A DNA stretch of 64,000 nt. Origin: Sphyrna mokarran (lineage: Eukaryota). Under the pieces are notes generated by a model. That model was not told where the DNA came from. It saw only the letters and a list, made by a program, of their open reading frames with translations, and did not search any database. The translations under genes were made by a program, and so were the position numbers. Position 1 is the stretch's first letter, and every line of letters begins with the position of its first letter. The stretch covers positions 8,370,001 to 8,434,000 of the forward strand of contig JAGIQG010000006.1 of the NCBI GenBank assembly GCA_024679065.1, written 5' to 3'. Shown piece after piece: positions 1-12,771 of this stretch.

Positions 1-318
1 ATGGGATTGGATAGGGTGGATAGTGAGAGCCTTTTTCCTCGGATGGTGATGACCAACACGAGGGGACATCTCTTTAAATTAAGAGGTGGTAGTTATAGGA
101 TGGATATCAGAGGCAGGTTCTTTACACAGAGGGTGATGAGAGCGTGGAATACCCTGCCTGCAGCAGTTGTGGACTCGCCTACTTTGGGGGCATACAAATG
201 TTCGGTGGATAGGCATATGGATGATATTGGAATAGTTTAGGTTAGAGGGTCCACTGGCCGGCGCAACATCGAGGGCTGAAGGACCTGTACTGCGCTGTAA
301 TGTTTTATGTTCGATGTT
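1..318 (+). mobile_element. CR1 LINE 3' end (unit 1-specific)
   Basis: TRGH..FFTQRV..WN.LP C-terminus plus a TTCTATG-like tail. Absent at the homologous site ~41963. Confidence 0.9.
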
Positions 319-691
319 CAAATCACCCATTAACCTTTTATATTCCAGCAAATGTAACCCTTGGGTATGTTGTGATCTTTCCTTCCAAGGAAAACTTGGA
401 TTCAGATATCAGTCTGCAAAATCTACACTTCCTCCAAGACCAATATAGCTTTCCTAATCTGCGGTGCTCCTGAACTGTTCAGATTCTGTCCAGCTGTGAG
501 CTTTGTACAGTTCAATCATGATCCCCTTATATTCTAATCCTCTGGATATAAAGGCCAGCATTTCATTCACCTGTATTTGATAATTTTCTGTTCATATCTA
601 TGATATTTTAATGAGTACATTTGACATATTCTGAGCAATTTTCTGCCCTGGGTCTAAGGAAGGACCTGCTGGCCCTGGGGAGGATTCAGAG

Positions 692-1045
692 AATCCATCA
701 CGCAAACCAGCCTCCCATCCATTGACTCTGTCTACACTTCCCACTGCCTCGGCAAAGCAGCCGGAATAATGAAGGACCCTGGATATTCTCTCTTCCACCT
801 TTGGAAAAAGAAACAAAAGTCTGAGGTCCCGTACCAACAGACTCAAGGACAGCTTCTTCCCTGCTGCTGTCAAACTTTTGAATCGACTTACCTTGCATTA
901 AGTTGGGCCTTCTCTACACCCTCGCTATGCATGTGTCTCTACATTCTGCAATCTCTCATTTCCTCCTGCAGGAACAGTATGTTTTTACTGTGTCATGCAT
1001 AAGAAGCAATACTTTTCACTATGTTAAAGCATGTGGCAATAAAAA
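692..1045 (+). mobile_element. Rex1/Babar-type LINE 3' remnant (paralog 42333-42692)
   Basis: IMKDP..SLFH..RTNRLKDSFFPAAVKLLN resembles the Rex1 ORF C-terminus. Confidence 0.65.
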
Positions 1046-1460
1046 TGAACCAAATCAAAAGGAGGTTCACAAGAATGATCCCGGGAATGAAAAGCTTGAC
1101 CTATGAGGAGTGTCTGAGGACTCTGGGTCAGTACTCGATGGAGTTTACAAGGAGGAGGAGATGACACTCACCACAAGGTGGAAATCCACCTCTGGCCGTG
1201 TTGGTCACAGCCAATCATTCAGTGTCTATTGACTCACTCAGCGCTGTTTCCAGATGTGGTCATTGGGACCAGGTTATTTGTGTTGGAATAATAAAGGTTC
1301 ACCTCCATCTCAGCCCCTTACTGGGAATTGACCTGGTCTTAACTTTTCACAGTGCAGAAGAGGGCATTCAGCCCATTAAAGCCACATGGACTTTTACCCA
1401 GACTTAACGCATAACCCTCATAATTATTCCAACACATGTTTGGGCACCAAAAGGCTCTAA

Positions 1461-2338
1461 GTGCTGAATTTGTGGGAAAACTGTTGTAATTCACGATTGT
1501 TTTTCCAGTGGGAGTTGACACTCAAATCTCCCACACTCTGTGCAATGCAGTGTCCACTATTAAGAACATCATTAAAAGTTCAGGGGGATGGAGCCGATCC
1601 ATGCAAAAGTCTGTCAGTTCTGGAACTCTGTCAAGGAGCAATGGCCCTGAGCTCTCAGCCTACAGTTTGCTGGCTGGCGATTGAGCTAACCAGCCTGGGT
1701 TCCTCACAGTGCTGCTCCTCCAGCCATCCGCCCACAGCCTGATCGCGGACCCCACAAGAATTCATGGGTCAGCCTCGACCCTGTCATCATCCAGGAGTGC
1801 CCCAATCTCCACTCTCACCTACCCCCAGCAGTGACGATCCCTCTTTGGCAGATCCAGTCCCCTCGGGAGGCAGACACCCCACCTCCCAGGAGACCCCACT
1901 CTCAGCAGATTGCCCATGGGAGGCAGACTCACCTGACAGAACACCCCTCTCCCCCCGGCTCGACCTGTTCACTGACCTCCCTCCAGCCCCAATCGATCAC
2001 AATGCAGAGTGGCAGTAGGATCCCCCCCCTTCCCACTAATTGCCCCCTGGGCCCCAGTCACTTGGCACAGCTCCGTAGGTCCTTCCCCTTGGCACTGCCG
2101 GGTGCCTGGTAGGCAGTGTCAAGGTGTCCCCTGGGCATGGGCCCTTTGTGTCACCTGGTACTGCCAATCTGGAACTGTGATAATGCCCAAACCAGGGGGA
2201 AGCCCTCCCACCATCCGACCCCCATGGGTCTCCAGCTACTTCCCTGAAAGCGGGTGCTACTCTAAACCCCCCCGGAATGAAGTTCTACTGGAGGTGGGAG
2301 TGGGGGGACTGTTAGTGGGCTTGGAGAATTCAGTCCCA
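1461..2338. mobile_element. GC-rich interspersed element, possibly Harbinger-related non-autonomous (paralogs 14342-15241, 44235-45109)
   Basis: Imperfect terminal inverted repeat GTGCTGAATT...AATTCAGTCC and internal GGAGGCAGACCC repeats. Confidence 0.35.
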
Positions 2339-2754
2339 GGCCCCATTATCACATTTAATTAACATTAAAAATAGATTTAAATCACTTGCCTGCTGCTGCC
2401 TCTGGTTTCCAGTGGGGTCCTGACTGCGCCAGATCTTCGGCGCTGGGTGATGTGTGTCTGTCTGGGACACACGCAAATCCCGTGAATCGGTCACCAGCGA
2501 TTCTCCCATCCCGCCGGGCTAAAAAATTAGGAAACTGGGGGGAAATTTAGCCTGGCCAATCCACCTAACCCATAAATCTTTGGACCGTGGGAAGAAACCA
2601 CACCAACACAGGAAGACCATCAAACTCCATAATGTATAAAATGATCAAAGCCGGAAATTGCCAGCACTGTGAGGCAGTAGTGCAAACCACTGTACCACCT
2701 GCTACAGAATGTTTTATACACATCCCCATATCACAAACATTGATGTTTACTTAC

Positions 2755-3120
2755 CAACAACCTGGAGTCCCATCACATCCTGAGTTACATTTTCCTGATT
2801 CCTGTTCCTGATATGTACGTGACAGAAATAATCATCGGTGTCGTTCAGCTGCAGGTTCCTCATCCTTAGGGAAGCGTTTCCTTGGGTTGGGTTTCCAATC
2901 AGTTCATATTGATCTCCTTCATTCACAGTGACTGTGTCAGTGTAGCCAGAACCAGCCCCCAGGGAACGAGAGTAACTAAAAACAGTGGAAAATTTTTTTT
3001 GATGCCTCTTCATCCAGAGGACAGTGAGGGAGCTGAGAGAACGCAGAGGAGGATTGAAGGTGCAAGACAGAGTGACAGAATCTCCCTTCACCCCAGTCAC
3101 TGCCCGTGAATCGTTCTGAC
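2755..3120 (-). CDS. Siglec-15-like receptor copy 1, V-set domain 2 exon
   Basis: 366 nt, open frame, GTAAGT donor. The C2/TM exon is expected just left of the window (319 onward is homologous to ~41963 onward). Confidence 0.88.
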
Positions 3121-3602
3121 CTGAGGGAGGGAGGATTTGAAGGAACAGATATTAATTATCATGTAGTTTTATTAAATGTAATTTCTACAATGTTTATCTC
3201 CCCTGTGATATCCCTAAAGACAGATAACACCGACCTAGATTTATACAAATACCTGGAAGTTAATGTTCCCTTCAGGAAATGAAGTTGGAAAAGTGCTGAG
3301 ATCTTGGAGGGAAATTGCTCTGGAGGATGTGACGGCACTGAGATAGAAAAGGCCATGGAGGGATTTAAGGAGCAGGATGATGATGTTAAATAATGAGGAA
3401 ATGGGTCTTGTTCCTCTGGAGAGGATTTCCTGCCGGGTCTGATGGACGATGTGATTGGTGGGATGAAAATGGATTGTGCTGGTGGCTTTTGGGACAGCAT
3501 TGGGATAAAACCATGGATAAGTTATCTCAGCCTGCCTGTACTAGACAAAGACATACTCCCATTACTCTCAATATCTACAACTGTCCCCCTCATGGGATAA
3601 CA

Positions 3603-3860
3603 TGGAGACACGGTGGTTAGCACTGCTGCCTCACAGTGTCAGGGATCTGGATTTGATTCCTGACTTGGGTTACTGTTTGTGTGGAGTTTGCACATTGTCT
3701 GTGTGGGTTTCCTCTGAGTGCTCCGAATTCTCCCACATTCTGGAAGATGTGCTGGTTAGGTGCATTGACCTGAATAGGCTCCGTATTGTGGTGACTAGGG
3801 GAATTTCACAGTAACTTCATTTCAGTGTTAATGTAAGGCTTATTTGAGACTAATAAATGA
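3603..3860 (+). mobile_element. tRNA-derived V-core SINE (paralogs 16508-16765, 46377-46632)
   Basis: Head GTGGTTAGCACTGCTGCCTCACAG and core TGTGGAGTTTGCACATT..GTGGGTTTCCTC. Confidence 0.8.
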
Positions 3861-4854
3861 ACTTTAACTAAATTCACAGCAGGCAGGGCCCAGGCATTCA
3901 CAAAGATGTAAATCTCAGTCTTGTACTTTCCCATTTCAAATCCATTTTACTCCAGAAAGCCAGTCTGTGAATTATGATCCAGGTTCCAATCTTAGTCTTA
4001 TATTTAATTACCGAGTGAATAATTACAAACAAATATCTCCAAACCCAATTGCACAGTTATAGAAATGTGTTTTGAAGATGTTCAGAAAAAACCTCCCCTT
4101 GCAGATCATTAAACACAACTCATATCCAAATAGCAAATTAAATCCTCTTTAAATCTCTCTGGTGTGTGGGCTAGGTCGGTTAGCCATGTTAAATTGTCCC
4201 TTAGTGTCTTAATCCAGTGGTGGGTTGGGGGCTTGTAACAAAGTCCAAAAAGCAAACACTTCCCATTTGGCTGATGGGCTTCCCTGGGGATCCCTTCCAT
4301 GGACATCTCTTCCATGGGGGTCCCACTCAGCACTGGATTGTGGGAACTGGGAAGCCTGCTGAGAGTTACCCCTTGTGTTTGTTGCTGACCTGCCATCCCC
4401 ACACCTTCTCTCCTGGGACTCCCCGACCCGCAATCACTCACCTGTGCCTGGCTCCATTGGTTAATGTGGTATTTGAGTGGGTGTAGTACCAGCAGCAACC
4501 ACATCCCCCTCAGTGGCACCACTGAGCCATGAAGAGTATCTGCCCTCTGATTGGGACCTCACCCAGGGACTTGGTCTCAGGAAAGGCCCAGAGCTGCCCT
4601 GCTGAGTGCCTGATTACACTGAATGGTACAAGCCTTCCTAAATTAGGTGGTACTGGTTCTCCAGTCAGCGGGTGAAATCACCATCAGGTTAAATTACACC
4701 TAATAATTACCTGTTCTGGGTTTAAGATTAATCACTTATTTAACAAACGCATAACTCTTATTTGTACAATCCATCACCAGTATCTACAAATGCCTCTACA
4801 TGTGCTCAAATTATGATCCAATGTGTGCTTCCCCCCTTGTATCTCATTAACCTT

Positions 4855-5284
4855 TGTGATAACCCCTGCGAGGCCCATGGGAAAGCATTGATTGACCTCT
4901 CTGTGGGACTCATTGAGTATGAGCTCCCCTGGTAACAGGCAGTGCCCATCTATTCCTGAGGCTTGTATAAGGCAGGCCTTGGACTGGGCCTGCTGATCTG
5001 CAGTCCCTGGCAGGGCCTAGTGGTTTGGAGATGCCTGATTGGGGCTTCATTACACTCTGGATTTGCTGCAACTGCTGCTGCCAAACTGGGAGCTGAGAGT
5101 TACTGGAGAGGGAAGCTGCTGCTTGGACAGACAGAGAGAGAGAGGCCCCGGGGCCTGGAGGCTCACAGGCCTCACAGCCAGCAATGGAGAGAGGGAAACT
5201 GGACAGAGCCTGAAAACTGCTCTGAGTGCAATTGGAGAATCCCAGCTCAGGATCAATATTAAATCAGTTTTACACTTCTACACA
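4855..5284 (+). mobile_element. Possible solo LTR (paralogs ~17760-18185, ~47191-47616)
   Basis: TG...CA ends, internal TATAAG and ATTAAA near the 3' end. No convincing TSD. Confidence 0.35.
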
Positions 5285-5809
5285 ATGTGAAACATGACAA
5301 GTCCAAATCCCTCCCTCTGAAATCCGCACACCAGATTTATCAATGTGAGCCATTCAGTTATGTCCCCACTTTTACAGGGAAACCAGAGCTGAACAATAAA
5401 TCAAATTTGATATCTAGTTTGCCCGGTACCACCCTGGTTTAAGGGCAATCCATTCCGCAGTGGCCCAGTGAATCATCAGCGATTCAGGAAGAAGATGTCC
5501 CAAAAATTTCCTGGGATGGATGATAACTATCAGCATTGCTCACAAACCAAGAGTAAACTCTTTATCATCAAAACCCGACAGTACAGAAGGAGGGCATTCA
5601 GCCCATCGAGTCTGCACTGACCACAATCCCATCTGTCCCTGTAACCCCACACATTTACTCCACTAATCCCTCTAATTTACACATCCCGGGACACTAAGAC
5701 ACAATTTAACATGGCCAATGCACCTCTGTAGCACATCTTTAAAACATTTGTGCTTGTGTTTGGATTAAACTTACATACAGTCTTATATCGAATTTGAAAT
5801 ATTCCTCAC

Positions 5810-6199
5810 CTCTCATTATGAGATCTCCATGCTCCAATTGATAAGCTGCTCCTTTTTTACCATCGAGCTCCATGCGACAGGAATATTTATTTCTTGTGTC
5901 CTCTTTATCCAGCTGTTTGATGATGATTGAAGCTTCGTTCTTCCTCGGGTTTCCCAGCGCTTGGTAACGATTATTAATATTCAGGATGACCAGATTCTGA
6001 AACTGTCTGCCCGGTGCGTTTTGTGTTGGATAATTTGTATAATTAAATATCGCTTCCTTTCCTCTGAACCATTTAACCGTGATGTTGCCATTATATCCCG
6101 AGTGAGGGTGAGTGAACTTGCAGAACAGAACAGTAGCTTTTCCTTCCCTACCCGTCACCTTCTCCGGTGTCTCCATGCTCCAGTCATTGTGACTGTGAA
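5810..6199 (-). CDS. Siglec-15-like receptor copy 1, V-set domain 1 exon
   Basis: 390 nt, open frame, intact splice sites, YSCRME (F->S before the F-strand Cys). Confidence 0.9.
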
Positions 6200-7794
6200 C
6201 TGGAAAACACAAAATGCTGTTTAAACACCTAACTGAGATGGGAGCTGTTACGGGACTCTGACGGAAGCTTTCTTGTTCTATTCCCCTCAAGTAACCAAAC
6301 AAAGTGACGGAGTGATTTGAAGATGAACTTTACAATAGCTATCGGCCCCTGAATATCCATTCAGAGTAAAGAATTCAGAGATATAAAGGCAATTAAAATC
6401 TCAGCTATGATTACAAATAATTAACATACACCAATAACAGAATATGAGTTATCTCCATCCAATCACAGTTAATACTTCATGTAACATCATATAAAATGTA
6501 ATATTTAAAACCAATCACAATCACCTTACACTTGCTTAATTATAATATCCAATAGCGGTGAGCTTTTTACTGCCTGATTTGAGTATTATTCTCCCCTATC
6601 TTTACACACTTAGACAGTGTCTACACACTCCAACATCGGTCCTTGTCCAGTGCATGATGTAAAAGACTTCTCCCAGCACAGTACCTTTCTCCCTTCTTTA
6701 CCTGAAGGTCAAACTAGTTTCTTGTAATAACCACCTTGTAATTACACATTGTGTAAGCTTTGTGATTTGTCCATGTTAATCCTTTCACTGAACACAGTTA
6801 TTCATGTGCCAATTATGTTCCTCCATAATTATTAATATGGGTATTGATCCACCTCAAGAGGCAATGGTTCCAGCCCTTCAGGATTGGCCAAGAGTCTCCA
6901 GCCTAAGAAATTATGTACTTGCCACAGAGGAAGTGCAGTGAAGGTTCACCAGACTGATTCCTGGGCAGGCAGGATTGATGTATGAGGAGAGATTGGGGGG
7001 ACAATTCACTGGAGTTTAGAAGAATGAGAGAGAATCTAACTGAAATTTTTAAATTCTAATTGAGCTGGACAGACTGGATGAGGGATAATCTTTGCCCTAG
7101 CTGGTGTCTGGAACAAAGGGTCACATTCTCAGGATGTAGGGCAGGCCATTTGTTTTATTCATTCATGGGAAATGGCTTTCAATGGAATAACATTTCAGAG
7201 GAATGTTAGGAGTCCCATCAGTATGGATCTGGAGTCACATGTAGGTCAGGCTCGGGTAATGAGGTCAGATTTCCTTCCCTAAAGGACATGAGTGAATCCA
7301 ATGGGTTTGTTTATGACAACCAACATGGTCATCGTTAGAGATTTAAATCCAGATTTTTATTGAAAAAGGGTGAAAGTTGTAAATGTTGATGTTCAGGGGA
7401 CTTGGGAGTGCTCAGGATGGGAACACAGAAAGTTAGTATACAGGTCCACCAGCAATTAGGAAGGAAACTGACATGTTAGTCTTTACTGTAAGAGGATTGG
7501 GGTAGAAGAATAACAAAGTCTTGCAAGAATGGGTGGGATTGCATCTAGAATATTTACAATTGTATTTTCCATATTTAGGAAGGATAAACTTATATAGGAG
7601 GCAGTAGCGTGAATGTTCACTAAATTTTTCCCTGGGTTGAGATTGTTGTGCTGTGGTACATAGAACATAGAGACTGAATAAACCAGCTCACTATTCTCTG
7701 GAGTTTTAAAGAGTAACAGGTTACCTCATCGATAGCTAGAATATTGTGAAAGACGTTGAAAGGGTGAACGCTGAGAGATTGTTTCCCCTGACTG

Positions 7795-8092
7795 GGGGAT
7801 TATTGTCTCACAGCACCAGCAACCAAGGTTCAATTCTGGCCTCGGGTCACTGTCTGTGTGGAAGCTGTATGTTCTTCCCATGTCAGTGTGGATTTCCTCT
7901 GGGTGCTCCGGTTTTCTCCCACAATCTAAAGATGTGCAGGTTAGGTTGATTGGCCATAATAAATTGCCTCTTAGTGTCAGGGGAAAAAAAACAGGATAAA
8001 TGAAGGTTACGGAGATAGAACCTGAATGGGATTGTGGTCAGTACAGACTTGATGGGCTGAATGGTCTCCTAGAAACGTAGGGATTCTATGAT
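7795..8092 (+). mobile_element. HE1-like SINE (paralogs 23313-23610, 50127-50424)
   Basis: B-box-like GGTTCAATTC, V core, and CR1-derived tail GATGGGCTGAATGG. Confidence 0.75.
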
Positions 8093-8269
8093 TTGACAAG
8101 GATAAAGGGCTGACTATTTTGGACAGAGATGAGGAGAAATTCCTTCACTAAAGTGTAATGATTCTATGGGAATCTCTATGCCAAAGGGTTATAACTGCTC
8201 CTGAGCTGAATAAAGTTAACTCTTGGATAGATAGATTTTTGGTCCCTCGGGGATTAAGAAGATTATTTC

Positions 8270-8616
8270 TTTTATTTATTATGTCACAAGCAGGCTTACA
8301 TTAACACAACAATGAAGTAACTGAGTTACTGTGAAAATCCCTAATCACCACACTCCGGCGCATGTTTGGGCACAATGAGGGAGAATTTAGCTAATGCACC
8401 TAATTAGCACATCTTCTACAACTGAGGGAGAATTTAGCATGGCTAATGCGCCTAGCCAGCACATCTTTCTGACTGTGGGAGGAAACCGGAGCACCAAGAG
8501 TAAACCCACACAGACACAGGGAAAGTGTGCAGACTGTGCACAGACAGTGACCCAAGCTGGGAATCAAACCCAGGTTGTTGGTGCTGTGAGGCAGCAGTGC
8601 TAACCACTGTGCCATC
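8270..8616 (-). mobile_element. tRNA-derived V-core SINE (paralogs 23788-24118, 50602-50948)
   Basis: Reverse complement of GGCACAGTGGTTAGCACTGCTGCCTCACAGC and of the core GGTGCTCCGGTTTCCTCCCACAGTC. Confidence 0.82.
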
Positions 8617-8682
8617 ATATTACGAGCTCAGTAAGAATTTAGCAACACCAATTTTAAATCCAACCGATTTATTTGATAGTAA

Positions 8683-8723
8683 AATTGCGAGCTTTCAACA
8701 CTCTGTGTCTTCGTCAGGCAAAT
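8683..8723 (-). ncRNA. Minimal hammerhead ribozyme motif in inverted pLTR (also 51015-51055, 33576-33617, 38813-38853 on minus)
   Basis: Reverse complement reads ATTTGC CTGACGA A GACAC AGA GTGTT GAAA GCTC GCAATT. Confidence 0.7.
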
Positions 8724-8947
8724 CCAGTGTTCTGGTCTGCTATAGCACACATCAGCACAGACAGTCACATATTGCTGATTAGAATGTGAATCTTTACATC
8801 TAACCTGCTATTCAAGTGTTAATGTGGCCAACAATGTGTGCGAAGGGAATCCTGAGCATTGGTTTGAGAATTGTGTATTTTCTCCAGACAGCACAGTAAT
8901 TGAGGTTTTTTGCTAACCCAGGCAAGTTACGGGGGTTACAGATAGTA

Positions 8948-9127
8948 ACACACTATCTGTAACCCCCGTAACACTATGACACACTATCTGTAACCTCTGT
9001 AACACTATGACACACTATCTGTAACCTCTGTAACACTATGACACACTATCTGTAACCCCCATAACACTATGACACACTATCTGTAACCCCCGTAACACAA
9101 TGACACACTATCTGTAACCCCCGTAAC
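8948..9127 (+). repeat. 31-bp tandem repeat, ~6 copies (ACACACTATCTGTAACCCCCGTAACACTATG)
   Basis: Units start at 8948, 8979, 9010, 9041, 9072 and 9103. Also present at 51280-51459. Confidence 0.95.
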
Positions 9128-11073
9128 TTGCCTGGGTTAGCAAAAAACCTCACTTACTGTGCTGTCTGGAGAAAATACACAATTCTCTAACCAATGCTCA
9201 GGATTCCCTTCACACACATTGTTAGCCACTTTAACACTTGAATAGCAGGTTAGATGTAAGCATTCGCATTCTAATCAGCAATCTGTGACTGTCTGTGTTG
9301 ATATGTGTGCTATTGTAGACCAGAACACTGCATTTGCCTGACAAAGACACAGAGTGTTGAAAGCTCGCAATTTTACTATCAAATAAAATGGTTGGATTTA
9401 AAATTGGTGTTGCTAAATTCTTACTGAGTTCTTACTACCCCAGTCCAACGCCGGCATCTTTACACGATCATATTACCGCATGGAAGTGTGTACTGCAGTC
9501 TAACTAGAGTGTGAAACAGTTCGTAAGGTCACTTGCTGATAAGAAATAAGCTGGGGACAGCCATTCAGCCCTTCAAGCCTGCTCCACCATTCATTAAGAT
9601 CATGGCTGATCTGATTGTGCTCTTAACTTCATTTTCCTGCCTGTTCCCACACCTTTGACTTGTAGGTTAAAAATCTGAATAAGCCTTGGCTACATTCAAT
9701 GATTCAGCATCCACTGCTGTCTGGGGAGGTGAATTCTACAAACAAATGACCCTCGGAGAGAAGAAGTTCCTGTGCATCTCCATCTTAAACTGGAGACCCT
9801 TATTCTGAAACTCTGGCCCCTCGTTCAAGATGCGGGAAAAAACTTCCTCTCAGCATCTATATGTCAGGCTCACGCAGATTCTAATATGTTTCAAGAAGAT
9901 CATCTTTCAATCTTCTAAACCCCAAAGTTATCGACACAATCTGCTCGACCTTTCCCCAAAAGACCGACTGCTGAACCCCAGAATCAGCCCAGTGAATCCT
10001 TCTGGCACCTTCTTTGCGTCTGGAGTCACATGTAGGCCAGGCTGGGTAAGGATGGCAGATTTCCTTCTCTAAAGGATATGAGTGAATCAGATGGGTTTTT
10101 ACGATAATTGATCTAGTCATCATCTGAGTTTTAGTTCCAGATTTTTATTTAAAAATGGTGCAACTTGTAAATGTTGATGTTCATGGACTTGGGGGTGCTC
10201 ACATTGGGAACACAGAAAGTTAGTGTAAGACCCACAAGCATTTCCTTTATTCATCAGAGACCAAAGTCTCTGACAGTGCGAGAGTAACTTCTCTCTTTCC
10301 ATACTCTATATATCGACTAATAACACGAAAGTTTCCCATATATCTTCGCAATGATCTTATACCCCGGGCGATCTGATTTATCCTCTCATTGTAGTATCTT
10401 ATGTTTGAGGGTTTTCATTTACTGCATTGTAAAATGTTCTTATTTGCAAAGGAAGCTAAAGCAAATACACAAATCTAACAACACAAATCCTTAACAATTC
10501 TTCTGACAGACCAGCCCCGATCCTACATCAGTATAAAATTCAGCACAATATACAGTAAGATATTTAGTGTGAAAGCATTATATTCAGTGTCATATTGAGT
10601 ATAATATTCAGCAATTGTCCATGTGTATTCTATATAATATTCAGAATACAATTCAATATACATTCAGGAACTGTAAAGTCATCATCGTGCCAGATGACCA
10701 GAGGCTGCTCTACCCTTTGAGTGGGAGAGCTGCCTGGTGATGATTTAACCTGAGGATCATTACATCTCAGCTGAGGGGCAAGGTTGAGAAGGCAGGGTCT
10801 TCATGAATAACTCCTGCAGGTACAGGAATTGAACCCACACTGTTGGCATAACTCACCAGATGGCCATCCAACAGAGCTAAACCAACCCACAGTAGCTTTG
10901 TTGGTATAATATTCCGTATAATATGAAGTTTTATATTCAGCATAATATTCCATGTAACACAAAGTCACTGATCCTTCTCACTTGCGGTGAGCCAGTGTTT
11001 TTTGACACTTTGAATTATTTTACTGAAACAGTATAGCAGAGGGAAAATGAGTTCATTCTTTAAAAATACATAC

Positions 11074-11122
11074 ATTTTGCTGAACTGGTCAGTGTGAGTG
11101 TACACAGCATGATCCACAGCAT
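11074..11122 (-). CDS. Siglec-15-like receptor copy 1, signal peptide exon
   Basis: Same sequence as 53406-53454. Confidence 0.78.
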
Positions 11123-11218
11123 TCTCTTCACTCCTGCAGTACACAGAGCTCTCTGAAGGCTCAGCACCCACTCGACGGGACTAATATCATTGCTCACTAT
11201 CTGATCTTGTTGCTTCCT

Positions 11219-11777
11219 TTATAGGACCCTTGTTAGACCTGACTTGGAATACTGTGCACAGTTCTGGTCGCCTCACTATAGGAAGGACGTGGAAGCTATT
11301 GAAAGGGTGCAGAGGAGATTTACAAGGATGTTGCATGGATTGGGAGGCATGCCTTATGAAGACAGGTTGAGGGAGCTGGGACTGTTCTCCCTGGAGAGAC
11401 GAAGGTTGAGAGGAGACCTGATAGAGGTTTACAAGATGTTGAGAGGAATAGATAGGGTGGACTCTCAGAGACTATTTCCCAGGGCTGAAAGGGTCGTGAC
11501 GAGAGGGCACAGATTTAAGGTGCAGGGAAGCAAGTACAGAGGGGATGCTAGGGGAAAGTTTTTCACTCAGAGGGTGGTGAGTGAATGGAATCAGCTGCCG
11601 TCGGTGATGGTCGAAGTGAACTCGCTGGGATCTTTTAAAAGACTTCTGGATGAGTATATGGGATCCAATGGGATTGGGGGTTATAGATAGGTCTATGGCT
11701 GGGTAGGTTTGGATGTGTTCGGCACAACTTGTGGGCCGAAGGGCCTGTTTGTGCTGTAGTGTTCTATGTTCTATGTT
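11219..11777 (+). mobile_element. CR1 LINE 3' fragment ~100 bp upstream of the receptor ATG (also 53551-54109)
   Basis: ORF2 C-terminus nearly identical to the 35192-36468 element. Flanked by TTCCTT. Empty site at ~25866-25871. Confidence 0.92.
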
Positions 11778-12771
11778 CCTTCAGTAAACTTGCTGTTAAA
11801 CAAAAATACTGCTGAAATTTTGCAAGAATGCTGACCAGTTTAAATGGGGAAGTGCATTCTAATATGAATTCAAAAACAGGATTCTATATTTATTCTTTCA
11901 CAGGATGTGGGTGGTGGTCATTGCTGGCTAGGTTACCATCAATTTCCCATGTATAATTGCCTTTCCAATGTGTTCATGAGCTGCCTTCTTGAAACGCTGC
12001 AGTCCAGGTGGTGCAGGTACACCCACAGTGCAGTTAGGAAAGGAGTTCCGGGATTTTGACCCAGTGACAGTGAGTGAACAGTGACATATTTCCAACTTAG
12101 GTTGAGTGTAGCTTGAAGGGGAACTTGTAGAGAGTGGGTGCTCCCATGGCTTCCCTTGGCCATCTAAGTGGAGGGGTTGTGGGTTTGGAAAATACTCTCG
12201 AAGGAGTTTTGGTGAGTTGCTGCAATGCCTTGTGGAAATGGTACACATGGCTAACAGTGTGCGTCAGCAGTGGAGAAAGTCAATAGTTAAAGTGATGGAT
12301 GGGATGTCAGTTAATTGGGCTGCTTTGTCCTGGATGAAGTCAGGCTTCTTGAGTGTTGTTAGAGTTGCACTCATCCCAGAAAATGGAGAGTATCTCATTA
12401 CATTCCTGACTTGTGCTTTATCGATGGTGGAACAAAAGAACAAAGAAAATTACAGCACAGGAACAGGCCCATTGGATCTCCGAGCCTGTACTGATCATGC
12501 TGCCCGAGTGAACTAAAACCCTTGGCGCTTCCAGGGAACATATCCCTCTATTCCCATCTCATTCATCTACTTGTCCAGATACTCCCTAAAAGTCACTAAG
12601 GTATCTGCTTTCACGATCTCCCCTGGCAATGACTTCCAGGCATTCACCATTCTTTGTGTCAAAAACCTGCCTCGTACATCACTTTTAAAACTTGCCCATC
12701 CCACCTTAAACCTGTGCCCCCTTGTAACTGACAATTCCACACTGGGAAAAAGCTTCTGACTATCCACTCTG

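Larger units (their letters stand above)
8627..9467. mobile_element. Palindromic non-autonomous Penelope derivative with central 31-bp tandem array
   Basis: Inverted pLTR arms with the same termini as the other copies. TSD ATCATATTAC, with the empty site at ~24116-24125. Confidence 0.9.

Noticed and set aside
1764-2362. Pro-rich overlapping ORFs (also 14645-15262, 43528-45124)
   Set aside because: By-product of a GC-rich repeat. Frames and lengths differ between paralogs.
2755-6199. Rearranging Ig/TCR/IgNAR V gene segments
   Set aside because: Each V ends in a GT splice donor with a complete G strand. I saw no heptamer/nonamer RSS, and the motifs match Siglec-15.
8948-9127. CRISPR-like array of ~31-bp repeats
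   Set aside because: The units are contiguous with no unique spacers, there are no cas genes, the context is vertebrate, and the unit derives from the Penelope ORF end.
10982-11022. Possible mini-exon 2 after the leader (good polypyrimidine acceptor, GTGAGA donor)
   Set aside because: It is 41 nt (not a multiple of 3) and gives an immediate in-frame TAA after the phase-1 leader.
10965-11171. 68-aa ORF MGAEPSESS... from the ORF track
   Set aside because: Wrong frame. The real leader is in another frame, and the unit 2 paralog has a stop in this frame.
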